Shown piece after piece: positions 50,932-60,650 of a DNA stretch of 64,000 nucleotides; position 1 is the first letter of the stretch; every line of letters starts with the position of its first letter. The notes under the pieces are model-generated. The model saw only the letters and a list, made by a program, of their open reading frames with translations, did no database searches and was not told the origin of the DNA. The translations under genes were made by a program, and so were the position numbers. The DNA is from Bacteroidota bacterium (lineage in GTDB: Bacteria; Bacteroidota; Ignavibacteria; UBA10030; SZUA-254): contig DATJGD010000065.1 in assembly GCA_035495255.1 (NCBI GenBank), positions 7,256-71,255 on the forward strand. Direction: 5' to 3'.

Positions 50932-51858
50932 ATGCATACCTTCGGTTTAGCAATAGCATGGGAGTGGGAATTTGACGAGGACTTTGTCCGCGGAATCGAA
51001 CACGAATGTCACAAGAGGGACATCTCGACATATCAGATCACACCGCACAATCTCCCGGATGTTCTTCGGCGGATAGGCCGGGGCGAACTCGCCTTTCACG
51101 GTTTTTATGACCGCGCGTCGGACGTCGACGAGTCATTTCTTCCCCTGGTGAAATTGCTCGACCGGGAAACGGTCCGGGTGATCAATCCGCACCACCGGGT
51201 GGTCCACGCGATCGACAAAGCGACGATGCACCTGGAATTTCTTACCCACGGATTGCACGTCCCCTATACGATCATTCTTTCTCCGCACAGCGTTGCCCGG
51301 GAAATCCATATCGCGCCCGAAGAGCTCGGCCATCTCGGCAAGCCGTTCGTGATTAAGCCGGCGAACACGACCGGAGGAGGGACCGGCGTCGTCCTCGATG
51401 CGACGACCGTGAACGATGTCCTCAAGGCAAGAAAGCTTCATCCCGAAGACAAGTATCTCCTGCAGGAGTTTATCCATCCGCGGGTTCTCGACGGCAAGCG
51501 TGCCTGGTTTCGCGTCTATTCTGTATTTGGCGAGAGCATTCTGTGCTGGTGGGACGATCAGACGCATGAGTACACGGAAATGACCGGAGACAAAGAACAG
51601 CGTTTCGGACTTGCCGGGCTTCGCGAGGCGATTCAGACGATTTATGCCATCAGCAAGCTCGACTTCTTTTCATCGGAGATTGCCCAGGAGAAGTCGGGGG
51701 AGTTCATTATCGTCGACTATGTCAACGAGATCTGCGATATGCGCCTCAAGTCGAAGTACAGTAACGGGGCGCCCGACGCCATCGTTCAGCATATCGAGCA
51801 GCTTATCGCGCAGGAAATTGAGCGCCATGTTGCTAAACTTCAGGAAGCAAAAGCATGA
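50932..51858 (+). CDS. ATP-grasp fold protein (RimK-like by motif pattern), function unknown
   Basis: Start at MHTFGLAIAW (ATG 50932), 5 nt after the GH57 stop. AIDKATMHLEFLTHGLHVPYT, GKPFVIKPANTTGGGTGVVLDAT, YLLQEFI, WFRVYSVFGE and EFIIVDYVNE align by eye with RimK ATP-grasp blocks. Confidence 0.7.
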   Translation: MHTFGLAIAWEWEFDEDFVRGIEHECHKRDISTYQITPHNLPDVLRRIGRGELAFHGFYDRASDVDESFLPLVKLLDRETVRVINPHHRVVHAIDKATMHLEFLTHGLHVPYTIILSPHSVAREIHIAPEELGHLGKPFVIKPANTTGGGTGVVLDATTVNDVLKARKLHPEDKYLLQEFIHPRVLDGKRAWFRVYSVFGESILCWWDDQTHEYTEMTGDKEQRFGLAGLREAIQTIYAISKLDFFSSEIAQEKSGEFIIVDYVNEICDMRLKSKYSNGAPDAIVQHIEQLIAQEIERHVAKLQEAKA

Positions 51859-54800
51859 GCCGTAGGATGAGAATACGCATTGACGGCACGGAGCACTCTG
51901 CCAATATGGTTTCTCACCCTGTCTACGAGTTTCACATCCTTGCCTCGGTCAGAAGAAAATATGCGTTCGACGAGTCGTTGTATTCCAGCAGCGGCAATGT
52001 AATATTCCCGAATTTTCATGCCGTCAGGCAGTTCGCCAAGAAGCTTAACGACCACCCCAATCTCGCTCGGCATCCCGAACACGCCGTGCGGGCGGGTCAG
52101 CTCAACGCGATGGGGCTTATCGATGAGATCAGCCATTATGTTCTGCGGAAGTATGACGAGATCGGGAACCCGGGAGTTATCCGCCGCTCGATGGAGTATC
52201 TGACCGGCGCGCTTGGGGTCAGCAGCTTTCAGGCGGCCATCGAGTCGTTCGGCACGCAGTTTCCCCCCATCGAGGTGCACCGGGGCATCCATTCACTCGA
52301 AGAGTATCTCTCGAAACATGCCGGCTCGAAATCGTATCGCGAAGTCGCGCTGGAGGAAATGATCCTCCTCTGGCTTGCGAATATCAACCCCGCTTTCTCG
52401 CCATTCAAAGAACTCTTTAACGATCAGAATCTCCGGGATCATAGTTCGTATCCTGCGATCATCGGTTCTTTACAATCGTACTTTGCCTCCGAGAAGGGAG
52501 CCGGCCCGGAGAGTACCTCGATTCTCGATCTCCTCCGCGCCCCCATTCTCGCCAGCCCTCACAGCCTCGAAGGCCAGCTTCAATTCATGAGAACCGCCTG
52601 GGGTATACAGTTGTCAAGAGATATCATGAATAAAATGACCGGTGCCGGCGATCTCGTGAGAGAAGAAACGCGGATCCTTCTTCCCCCCGGACACCAGGAA
52701 ACTGTCGTTCCACGGTACGTCAACATATCGCCTTTTGGAGAGATCGACGAAGAACGCTTCAGCACCGATATCGATTGGATGCCGAACGTCGTGCTTCTCG
52801 CCAAAAATATCTACGTGTGGCTCGATCAGCTTTCAAAAAAGTATTCGAGGCCGGTTACGAGGCTCGACGAAATCCCGGACGAAGAGCTTGACCGCCTGGC
52901 GGAATGGAACTTCAACGCGCTCTGGCTTATCGGCATTTGGGAGAGGAGCAGGGCGTCCCAAACCATTAAACAAGTAATGGGAAATCCCGAAGCTGTCGCC
53001 TCCGCATATTCTCTTTTCGACTATGAGATCGCGCATGCCCTCGGCGGAGAAGCTTCGTTTGAAAATCTCAGATCGCGTGCCTGGCGCCGCGGCATCCGGA
53101 TCGCGGGAGATATGGTGCCGAACCATGTCGGCATCTTCGCGAAGTGGGTCATCGAGCACCCGGAGTATTTTATCAGGGCGGAGTACAGTCCGTTCCCCAA
53201 CTACTCGTTCACCGGCGCGAATCTTTCCGACGATCCCAATGTCGAGATTCGCATCGAAGACGGCTACTGGACGAAACGGGATGCGGCAGTGGTCTTCCAA
53301 CGAAAAGAACGGTCGACGGGAAACATTCAGTATATCTACCACGGCAACGACGGGACACAGACCCCCTGGAACGATACCGCGCAGCTGGATTTTTTGCGGC
53401 AGGACGTCCGGGAAGCCGTCATTGATATGATCCTCCATGTCGCAAGAAAATTTCCGATCATCAGGTTCGACGCGGCGATGGTGCTGACGAAACAGCATTT
53501 TCAGCGCCTCTGGTATCCCCAGCCCGGGAGCGGCGGAGATATTCCGTCCCGTTCCGATCACGCGCTTGCGAAAGACCAGTTCGATCGGGCGTTTCCGACC
53601 GAATTCTGGCGCGATGTCGTCGACCGGATCAACCGCGACCTTCCGAACACGCTGCTGCTTGCCGAAGCGTTTTGGCTGCTGGAAGGATATTTCGTGCGCA
53701 CGCTGGGCATGCACCGCGTCTATAATAGTGCGTTCATGCATATGATGATGAAGGAGGAAACCGCCAAATACCGGGAGCTCATCAAAAATACACTGGCATT
53801 TAACCCGGAGATCCTGAAGCGCTATGTGAATTTCATGAGCAATCCGGACGAACGCACGGCGATCGATCAGTTCGGCAAGGATGATAAATATTTCGGCACC
53901 GCCATGATGATGGTGACGATGCCGGGCCTTCCCATGTTTGCGCACGGACAGATCGAAGGCTTCGGTGAGAAGTACGGCATGGAATACCAGAAAGCATATC
54001 ACAACGAGAATGAGGATCAGGCTCTCATCGACCGGCACCGGCGGGAGATCTTTCCGCTCCTGAAGAAACGCTATCTCTTCAGCCAGGTCTCAAGTTTTGA
54101 ACTGTACAATGCTGAGGATGCTCACGGAAATATCATGGAGCAGGTCATATGCTATTCCAACCGCGCCGGGAGTGAACGTGCGCTGTTTTGTTACAACAAC
54201 CGGTATGAATCTTCCTCGGGCTGGGTTGGCGGAACGGTGCCGAAAGTGCAGATGGACGGGACCACGGCCTCCGGAAAAACGCTCGGGGAAATCCTTGGGC
54301 TGCGCCGGGAAGACGGATTCTATTATATCATGAAGGAACACCAGTCCGGCCTGGAGTTTATCCGCAGCGGCCGTGAACTGTGCGAGCAGCGGATGACGCT
54401 GAAGCTCCAGGGATTTCAATATCAACTGTTTCATGAGTTCCGCGAGGTGCACGATGAGTTCGGAGAGTACAGCCGGCTCGCCCGGTGGCTTGGAGGCACC
54501 GGAACCGGAAGTATTGAAAGCGCACTCCGGGAAATGAAACTCACCCCGGTCCATGAAGCCTATAGGTTATTGGAAGAGGCATTGAGCCCGGAGCGTTGTA
54601 TGAAGTTTCTGTCCGCGCAACCGGCGAAGAGCGCAGAGATTCCCAAGCCGGTGGGCGCGGCGTACAGGCTTTTTCTGGAACGCGCATTTGAGTTGCTTGG
54701 GATAAATGCCGGAACAGACCGGTGGGAACGGGCTTTTGAGGAATCGCTCAACCGGGTGCGGACAGCGAACCTTGTCGACACCAAAACCGATCATCGGAAA

Positions 54801-55241
54801 ATTCGTACATTGACGGCGTGGCTTATTTGCCGCAACCTCGACGAGGTTTGCGGCAGGCCGCATGCGATCGATCATTTGAATTTACTCAAGATCATGAGTC
54901 AGGAGAGTGCGGAGGCTGTTCGTATCCTTCAGGCCCACGGGGCGTCAACTTCGCGGGCGCTTGAGGCGGGCGTGTCCGGGCTTGACCGGGTCTTCGACGA
55001 TCCCATTGTGGAGCGATTTATCGATGTCAATACCTATAACAACACAGTCTATTTCAGCAAGGAGCGGTTTGAAGAGCTGCTCGATCTTTTGTTTGCTGAA
55101 CACATGATAACCGTCGCAGGGGATCAAAAAAATGTTGCGGCCGCCGGCCAGGAACTCAGGAAGCTGGCGGCGCAATCCGGATACCGGCTCGCAGAGATGC
55201 GTCGATCTCTTGCATCTTCCGCTGAAATCAAACATGCATAA
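51855..55241 (+). CDS. 1128-aa protein with a central GH13 (alpha-amylase superfamily) catalytic domain flanked by large uncharacterised N- and C-terminal regions
   Basis: ATGA overlap with the ATP-grasp gene. Region I DMVPNH (53109-53126), region [11 protein letters not shown] (Asp at 53469-53471), region III LLAEAFW (Glu at 53664-53666), region IV FMSNPDE (53841-53849). Confidence 0.8.
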   Translation: MSRRMRIRIDGTEHSANMVSHPVYEFHILASVRRKYAFDESLYSSSGNVIFPNFHAVRQFAKKLNDHPNLARHPEHAVRAGQLNAMGLIDEISHYVLRKYDEIGNPGVIRRSMEYLTGALGVSSFQAAIESFGTQFPPIEVHRGIHSLEEYLSKHAGSKSYREVALEEMILLWLANINPAFSPFKELFNDQNLRDHSSYPAIIGSLQSYFASEKGAGPESTSILDLLRAPILASPHSLEGQLQFMRTAWGIQLSRDIMNKMTGAGDLVREETRILLPPGHQETVVPRYVNISPFGEIDEERFSTDIDWMPNVVLLAKNIYVWLDQLSKKYSRPVTRLDEIPDEELDRLAEWNFNALWLIGIWERSRASQTIKQVMGNPEAVASAYSLFDYEIAHALGGEASFENLRSRAWRRGIRIAGDMVPNHVGIFAKWVIEHPEYFIRAEYSPFPNYSFTGANLSDDPNVEIRIEDGYWTKRDAAVVFQRKERSTGNIQYIYHGNDGTQTPWNDTAQLDFLRQDVREAVIDMILHVARKFPIIRFDAAMVLTKQHFQRLWYPQPGSGGDIPSRSDHALAKDQFDRAFPTEFWRDVVDRINRDLPNTLLLAEAFWLLEGYFVRTLGMHRVYNSAFMHMMMKEETAKYRELIKNTLAFNPEILKRYVNFMSNPDERTAIDQFGKDDKYFGTAMMMVTMPGLPMFAHGQIEGFGEKYGMEYQKAYHNENEDQALIDRHRREIFPLLKKRYLFSQVSSFELYNAEDAHGNIMEQVICYSNRAGSERALFCYNNRYESSSGWVGGTVPKVQMDGTTASGKTLGEILGLRREDGFYYIMKEHQSGLEFIRSGRELCEQRMTLKLQGFQYQLFHEFREVHDEFGEYSRLARWLGGTGTGSIESALREMKLTPVHEAYRLLEEALSPERCMKFLSAQPAKSAEIPKPVGAAYRLFLERAFELLGINAGTDRWERAFEESLNRVRTANLVDTKTDHRKIRTLTAWLICRNLDEVCGRPHAIDHLNLLKIMSQESAEAVRILQAHGASTSRALEAGVSGLDRVFDDPIVERFIDVNTYNNTVYFSKERFEELLDLLFAEHMITVAGDQKNVAAAGQELRKLAAQSGYRLAEMRRSLASSAEIKHA

Positions 55242-55258
55242 TTCCACGAGCGAACGTC

Positions 55259-56545
55259 ATGAATAATGTCCTCACATTCATTCTCGGTGGGGGGCGGGGA
55301 GAACGTCTTTACCCCCTTACGAAGCACCGCGCCAAGCCGGCGCTGCCTCTTGCCGGGAAGTATCGTCTCATCGATATACCTGTCAGCAACGCGATCAATT
55401 CCGGGCTGCTGAAGATATTTGTCCTCACGCAGTTCAATTCGGCGTCGCTCAACAGGCATATCGCCGACACGTATCGCTTCTCGCCGTTTATCCGTGGATT
55501 TGTCGATATACTGGCCGCTCAACAAACTCAAGAGAGCCCCGACTGGTTCGAGGGTACGGCGGATGCGGTTCGTAAAACTCTGTGGGTAACGGAACCCTGG
55601 ACGGTCGACGAATACCTGATTCTTTCCGGCGATCATCTCTACCGGATGGATTACCGCCAGTTCCTCAAACACCATCGCGATACGGACGCCGATGTGACGT
55701 TGTCGGTCCTGCCGGTTGAAGAATCACAGGCATCGGACTTTGGGCTTATGAAGATCGACGACAAAGGCCGGATCGTGGACTTCAAGGAAAAACCGAAGGG
55801 CGCAGCGCTGCAGGAGATGCAGGTCGACACCCAGCGCCTCGGGCTCGACGCATCTGCCGCAAAGCGGATGCCGTATGCCGCATCGATGGGAATCTATGTC
55901 TTCAAACAAAAGGCGTTGAAAGAGCTGCTGAAGAATCCTTCGTTGAACGATTTCGGCCATAACGTTATCCCCGAGGCAATCAAGAAACACAAAGTCCAGG
56001 CATATTTGTTCAAGGGGTATTGGGAGGACATAGGATCCATTGAGTCGTTCTACAAAGCAAATCTCGGGCTCGTGAAGCAGCCGAATCCTTCGTTCAGTTT
56101 CTTCGATCTGGACTTTCCGATCTATACCCACGCGCGATTTCTTCCCCCCACAAAACTCCTGAAGTCGAAAATTGAAGAAACGATGCTCTGCGACGGCTGT
56201 ATCGTTAAGAAGTCTGAAATTAAGAACTCGATCGTCGGCATCCGGTCAAGAATCGACGACGGCGCGAGCATAGAACATACGCTTGTCATGGGGGCCGATA
56301 TTTACCAGTCGGACGCGGAACGGGCGCTCGATCTTAAGGAGGGAAAACCACCGATCGGGATTGGGACAAACACGGTCATCCGGAATGCAATTATCGACAA
56401 GAACGCACGCATCGGAAAAAATGTTCAGATTATCAATAAGGATGGCATGCGAAAGGCCGAGCATGAAAAGAAAGGATACTGGATCCGCAACGGTATCGTG
56501 GTCGTCCTGAAGAACGCCCTGATTCCGGACGGTACGGTCATATAG
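55259..56545 (+). CDS. glgC: Glucose-1-phosphate adenylyltransferase
   Basis: [58 protein letters not shown], left-handed beta-helix C-terminus. Confidence 0.93.
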   Translation: MNNVLTFILGGGRGERLYPLTKHRAKPALPLAGKYRLIDIPVSNAINSGLLKIFVLTQFNSASLNRHIADTYRFSPFIRGFVDILAAQQTQESPDWFEGTADAVRKTLWVTEPWTVDEYLILSGDHLYRMDYRQFLKHHRDTDADVTLSVLPVEESQASDFGLMKIDDKGRIVDFKEKPKGAALQEMQVDTQRLGLDASAAKRMPYAASMGIYVFKQKALKELLKNPSLNDFGHNVIPEAIKKHKVQAYLFKGYWEDIGSIESFYKANLGLVKQPNPSFSFFDLDFPIYTHARFLPPTKLLKSKIEETMLCDGCIVKKSEIKNSIVGIRSRIDDGASIEHTLVMGADIYQSDAERALDLKEGKPPIGIGTNTVIRNAIIDKNARIGKNVQIINKDGMRKAEHEKKGYWIRNGIVVVLKNALIPDGTVI

Positions 56546-56570
56546 ACGGGCGGTTTCATCAAAACGCGCC

Positions 56571-58133
56571 GTGAATAAATCTATTATAATGATTGCGTCG
56601 GAGAACGACGCGTTGATCGGAGGAAAAGTGGGAGGAGTAGGCGACGTTGTCCGGAGCCTTCCCCGCGCCTTAACCTTACTCGGTTGGAACTGCACCGTTA
56701 TCATCCCCTCGTACGGCTTCCTTCATGAGCGCAATCCTTCATCTCTTCTTACGGAAGTCGCCTTTCCTTTTTACGGACAGCAATCGAAGGCCGGCATCTG
56801 GCGTGTAGAAGGAAAAGAGCCGAACGACGGCGTCACGAACTATGTCATTGAGCACGCGGGCATCCGAGGCGAACCCATGTACTTCGACGATCCCCCTGAA
56901 TCGCCGTTTATGCGGGACGCGACAAAGTACGCGATGTTCTGTTCCGCGGTCGGCCAGTTTCTTCCGATGCTGGACCCGCCCGATATCATTCATCTCCACG
57001 ACTGGCATGCCGCAACGTACCTGCTGCTGCGCGATCTTCATCCCCGATTTTCAGAGCTTGCCCGATTTCGTACCGTCTTTACGATTCATAATATCGCAAT
57101 CCAGGGTACCCGCCCTATGATGGGGCATGGATCTTCGGTGGAGGCATGGTTTCCCGAACTTTTCAAAAAGCCAGAGTGGATTGCCAAATGGAGCGATCCG
57201 CGCTACGAGGAGCCGTGTTACTCTCCCATGCTCGCGGGCATCAGGTATTCCGATGCAGTCAACACTGTTTCTCCGACCTATGCTGAGGAGATCCTGCAGC
57301 CAAGTAATCCGCCGCGCGGGTACTACGGCGGAGAAGGACTGGAACAATCTCTGCAGGAAGCGAAGAAGAGCAATCGTCTCTTCGGCATTCTTAACGGATG
57401 TGATTACCCACCCCAACCGCCTGCAGACCTGATGTCATTTAATGAACTCCTCAATTTGTTCGCGGAGGAAGTATCTGCGTGGCAATCCAAACGGCAGGAC
57501 GATCCTGTTCACAAGACATCTCTGAAGCGTATTGATGAAATGAAGGGGCTTGCTCCGTCATTTATCATGACATCCGTAGGCCGCATCGTAGATCAGAAAA
57601 TGAGATTGCTCTTCGAGAAGTCTGATCAGGGGCACGTCATCGACGGGATTCTGGAGATTCTGAATACGCACAACGGAGCCTGCATTATTCTCGGAAGCGG
57701 AGATGCAGCGTACGAGAAAGCTCTGGCAGAGCGGACGGACCGGTATCCGAGATTATTGTTTTTGAAAGGGTATTCCGACAAGATCGCCCGGTCTCTCTAC
57801 GCCTCAGGGACGATGTTTCTCATGCCGAGCTCCTTCGAGCCCTGCGGCATCAGCCAGATGATCGCAATGCGGGAAGGCCAGCCCTGCATCGTCCATGCCG
57901 TAGGGGGGTTAAAGGATACCGTCCGGCATCGCGTAAACGGGTTCACGTTCTCGGGTGAAACACCCTCGGAGCAGGCAAATGGGTTCATTCAGGCTGTCGG
58001 GGAGGCAGTAACGACCTGCGTCGGGCATCGCGACGAATGGGAGAGGGTCGCCGCCTCCGCAAAGCAGGCAAGGTTCACGTGGGAAGCCAGCGCGGCGCAG
58101 TATGCGAAAATCTATTCCAAAAATATTCCTTGA
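56571..58133 (+). CDS. glgA: Glycogen/starch synthase (GT5)
   Basis: IASENDALIGGKVGGVGDVVRSLP (KxGG motif), HDWHAA, LMPSSFEPCGISQM, GGLKDTV. GTG start at 56571; ATG alternative at 56589. Confidence 0.9.
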   Translation: MNKSIIMIASENDALIGGKVGGVGDVVRSLPRALTLLGWNCTVIIPSYGFLHERNPSSLLTEVAFPFYGQQSKAGIWRVEGKEPNDGVTNYVIEHAGIRGEPMYFDDPPESPFMRDATKYAMFCSAVGQFLPMLDPPDIIHLHDWHAATYLLLRDLHPRFSELARFRTVFTIHNIAIQGTRPMMGHGSSVEAWFPELFKKPEWIAKWSDPRYEEPCYSPMLAGIRYSDAVNTVSPTYAEEILQPSNPPRGYYGGEGLEQSLQEAKKSNRLFGILNGCDYPPQPPADLMSFNELLNLFAEEVSAWQSKRQDDPVHKTSLKRIDEMKGLAPSFIMTSVGRIVDQKMRLLFEKSDQGHVIDGILEILNTHNGACIILGSGDAAYEKALAERTDRYPRLLFLKGYSDKIARSLYASGTMFLMPSSFEPCGISQMIAMREGQPCIVHAVGGLKDTVRHRVNGFTFSGETPSEQANGFIQAVGEAVTTCVGHRDEWERVAASAKQARFTWEASAAQYAKIYSKNIP

Positions 58134-58195
58134 CATTTCGCAACAAATTTCGTTATTTGGCGTATCCTACAGTGTAGTTCACTCGGGGGTTAACA

Positions 58196-58453
58196 ATGGT
58201 GAAGGGGATGAAGTACACTATGGCTCCAGGACGTTCTCGTGCATCCAGAATTGTCGATGACCTGACGCATCTCGAGATTTCGCGTCAGCGAAAATACCAG
58301 ATCCGCAACATGCGTTCAGGATTGTGCATAGAGTGCGGTGAAAAAGCTTTTCGCAATACGCTCTTCTGCCTCGGCCACAATGCCAAGAAAGGGATCAAGA
58401 GCGCGGGACGCAACAAACACAATCCTCGCAAGTGGGACGGAACTCCGTGTTGA
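58196..58453 (+). CDS. Small basic hypothetical protein with a CxxC..CxxH zinc-ribbon-like motif
   Basis: 85 aa. GGGGG 6 nt before the ATG. ..RQRKYQIRNMRSGLCIECGEKAFRNTLFCLGHNAKKG.. No family recognised. Confidence 0.45.
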   Translation: MVKGMKYTMAPGRSRASRIVDDLTHLEISRQRKYQIRNMRSGLCIECGEKAFRNTLFCLGHNAKKGIKSAGRNKHNPRKWDGTPC

Positions 58454-58669
58454 TACTTTCCTCTAGATTTTAGCAGCACTCCCTGGTCGTTCACATTCAT
58501 TGCCGCAGGCGACGGTCCGAAAGACCGGCCGGCATCGTGTCTTGACTTTCGACCGACCTTTTCCAATATTGACGCATGCATGATGATGAAGGGCTGCAAA
58601 TATGCAGAAATTTCATCGTTGTGAATATCCTATCGAACGCAACATTCATTCTCAAACAAGGAACATTCA

Positions 58670-59266
58670 ATGTCAAAGAAAGTAATAATCATTCTCGCCG
58701 TCATTCTCGCACTCCTGTTTATCGGATATCGGATGATCTCAGGAACGTACAACACTCTGGTGTCTCTCGACGAAGGAGTGAAAAGCGCATGGGCCCAGGT
58801 GCAGAATCAATATCAACGCAGGATGGATCTCATTCCGAACCTCGTTGAGGTCGTGAAGGGATATGCGACGCATGAGAAAGAAGTCTTCGAAAAGGTCGCC
58901 GAAGCGCGGTCGAGCGTAGGCAAGATCCAGGTCACGGCTGATGTCCTGAAGGATCCGCAGCTCTTTCAAAAGTTACAGGAGGCGCAGGCAGGCCTCACCT
59001 CTGCTCTCTCCAGGCTCCTTGCCGTGGCGGAAAACTATCCTCAGCTCAAGGCGAACGAGAACTTTCTCCAGCTCCAATCGCAACTGGAGGGAACTGAGAA
59101 CCGCATCGCCGTGGAGCGGCAGAGGTTCAACCAGGTCGTCCAGGACTATAACACAAAAGTACGCATCTTCCCGACCTCGTTGTTTGCCGGCATGTTTGGA
59201 TTCGGGCAAAAGCCATACTTCCAGGCTGATGCAGGGGCAGAAAAGGCGCCGCAGGTTAAGTTCTGA
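58670..59266 (+). CDS. lemA: LemA family protein
   Basis: N-terminal TM, then YNTLVSLDEGVKSAWAQVQNQYQRRMDLIPNLVEVVKGYATHEKEVF and ENRIAVERQRFNQVVQDYN. Confidence 0.9.
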   Translation: MSKKVIIILAVILALLFIGYRMISGTYNTLVSLDEGVKSAWAQVQNQYQRRMDLIPNLVEVVKGYATHEKEVFEKVAEARSSVGKIQVTADVLKDPQLFQKLQEAQAGLTSALSRLLAVAENYPQLKANENFLQLQSQLEGTENRIAVERQRFNQVVQDYNTKVRIFPTSLFAGMFGFGQKPYFQADAGAEKAPQVKF

Positions 59267-59277
59267 CCCGGTCTCAC

Positions 59278-60024
59278 ATGAGACGTTTTCTTTTTTTCAT
59301 ACTCCTTCTCTGGAGTGCCGTTCCGGTTTTTTCCCAATTGCCGGAGCTTCCTGAGTTTCATCAGCGCGTGATCGATCAGACCGGTACGCTTTCCCGGGAC
59401 GAAGTTCAAGCCCTGGAATCAAAGCTTGCGTCGTTCGAACAGGAGACTTCGAACCAGGTTGTCGTCCTCATGATCTCCTCCCTGCAGGGGGAGAGCATCG
59501 AAGACTACTCGCTTCGCGTCGCGGAAAAGAACAAGTTCGGGAAGAAGGAACGGAACAACGGTATACTGTTCATCGTCGCGAAGGATGACCGCAAGCTCCG
59601 CATCGAGGTAGGATACGGGCTGGAAGGCGCTCTTACCGACGCACTCTCGAGCCAGATCATCCGGCATGAGATCACTCCCCAATTCCGCTCCGGCGATTAC
59701 TACGCGGGAATCACTGCAGGCGTCGACGCCATCATTGCTGCGACCAAAGGAGAATATAAAGGGGACGGGAAAGACGGGAATGGCCGCGGATTTCCCATCG
59801 CGCCGTTGTTCGTGATGATTTTTGTTGTGATGTTTCTCCTGAGAGCGTTTATCGGAAGCCGTCGTCATTACATTGGGCGCCGCGGCTCTTTCGGAAGCCC
59901 ATGGTTCTGGGGTGGTTTCGGCGGTGGCGGCTTTGGAGGCGGCGGCTTTGGCGGCGGTGGTGGGGGCGGATTCAGCGGCGGAGGTGGAAGTTTCGGCGGC
60001 GGCGGAGCGAGTGGGAGCTGGTGA
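59278..60024 (+). CDS. TPM-domain (YgcG-like) membrane protein with a Gly-rich tail
   Basis: Signal peptide, RVIDQTGTLS..QVVVLMISSL..NNGILFIVAKDDRKLRIEVGYGLEG, a TM helix, and a C-terminal GGFGGGGFGGGG tail. Confidence 0.85.
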   Translation: MRRFLFFILLLWSAVPVFSQLPELPEFHQRVIDQTGTLSRDEVQALESKLASFEQETSNQVVVLMISSLQGESIEDYSLRVAEKNKFGKKERNNGILFIVAKDDRKLRIEVGYGLEGALTDALSSQIIRHEITPQFRSGDYYAGITAGVDAIIAATKGEYKGDGKDGNGRGFPIAPLFVMIFVVMFLLRAFIGSRRHYIGRRGSFGSPWFWGGFGGGGFGGGGFGGGGGGGFSGGGGSFGGGGASGSW

Positions 60025-60075
60025 TATGATATCCGATGTTAGACATTCGTGGACGTACTCCTGTGAACTTGAATT

Positions 60076-60534
60076 ATGCTGGGATTTGGATTGAAAAAAT
60101 ATCTCTCTGAAGCAGGCATCAAACTTGTTACTGCCAAGATTGCTGAGGCCGAAAAACAGACCACGGGCGAGATCCGCATCGCGATTCGCCACCGGCGGCA
60201 ACTGGGCGAGGGTAAGCTGGGGCTGCATGAGCTCGCGTTGAAGGAATTTGCCCGGCTCGGCATGCAAAAGACGAACGAGCGGACGGGCGTTTTGATTTTC
60301 CTCCTCCTCTCCGAACGAAAATTTCAGATCATTGCCGATGAAGGTATCCATGCCAAGGTTGCCGACGGCACATGGGACCGTATTGCGGCATCCATGGGTG
60401 AGTATTTCAAAGCAGGTGACTTTGCGAGAGGCCTTTGCGACGCCGTAGATGCAGTCGGAGGCGAGTTGAAGCAGTATTTCCCCGGCCGTCCGGACGATAC
60501 TGACGAGCTCTCAAACGACATTATCGAAACCTAA
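60076..60534 (+). CDS. TPM-domain (DUF477-like) protein
   Basis: IAEAEKQTTGEIRIAI..NERTGVLIFLLLSERKFQIIADEGIHAKV is typical of the second TPM protein of LemA-TPM-TPM triads. Confidence 0.8.
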   Translation: MLGFGLKKYLSEAGIKLVTAKIAEAEKQTTGEIRIAIRHRRQLGEGKLGLHELALKEFARLGMQKTNERTGVLIFLLLSERKFQIIADEGIHAKVADGTWDRIAASMGEYFKAGDFARGLCDAVDAVGGELKQYFPGRPDDTDELSNDIIET

Positions 60535-60650
60535 GTGCATCATGATCGTTGACGCATAAGCCTGTTGGTGAGCTTGAGCCCACTACACGTGGTAGACGCA
60601 CACCGAAATTCCCAAACTTCCATCGTTGCTCTCCATTATAATTTCGTATT

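Noticed and set aside
52833-54038. 401-aa minus-strand ORF opposite the GH13 catalytic domain
   Set aside because: It is an antisense shadow ORF. The plus frame contains GH13 regions I-IV, and the minus translation is low-complexity and Arg/His/Asp-rich.
59890-60020. Apparent GGC/GGT tandem DNA repeat (a similar G/C-rich run lies at 45350-45500)
   Set aside because: Both lie inside coding regions and simply encode Gly-rich (GGFGGGG) and Arg/Gly-rich tails. They are not non-coding repeat arrays or CRISPR-like.
59419-60351. 310-aa minus-strand ORF spanning both TPM genes
   Set aside because: It crosses an intergenic gap of the plus-strand genes. Its Ala/Ser-rich middle is simply the complement of the Gly-rich tail codons.
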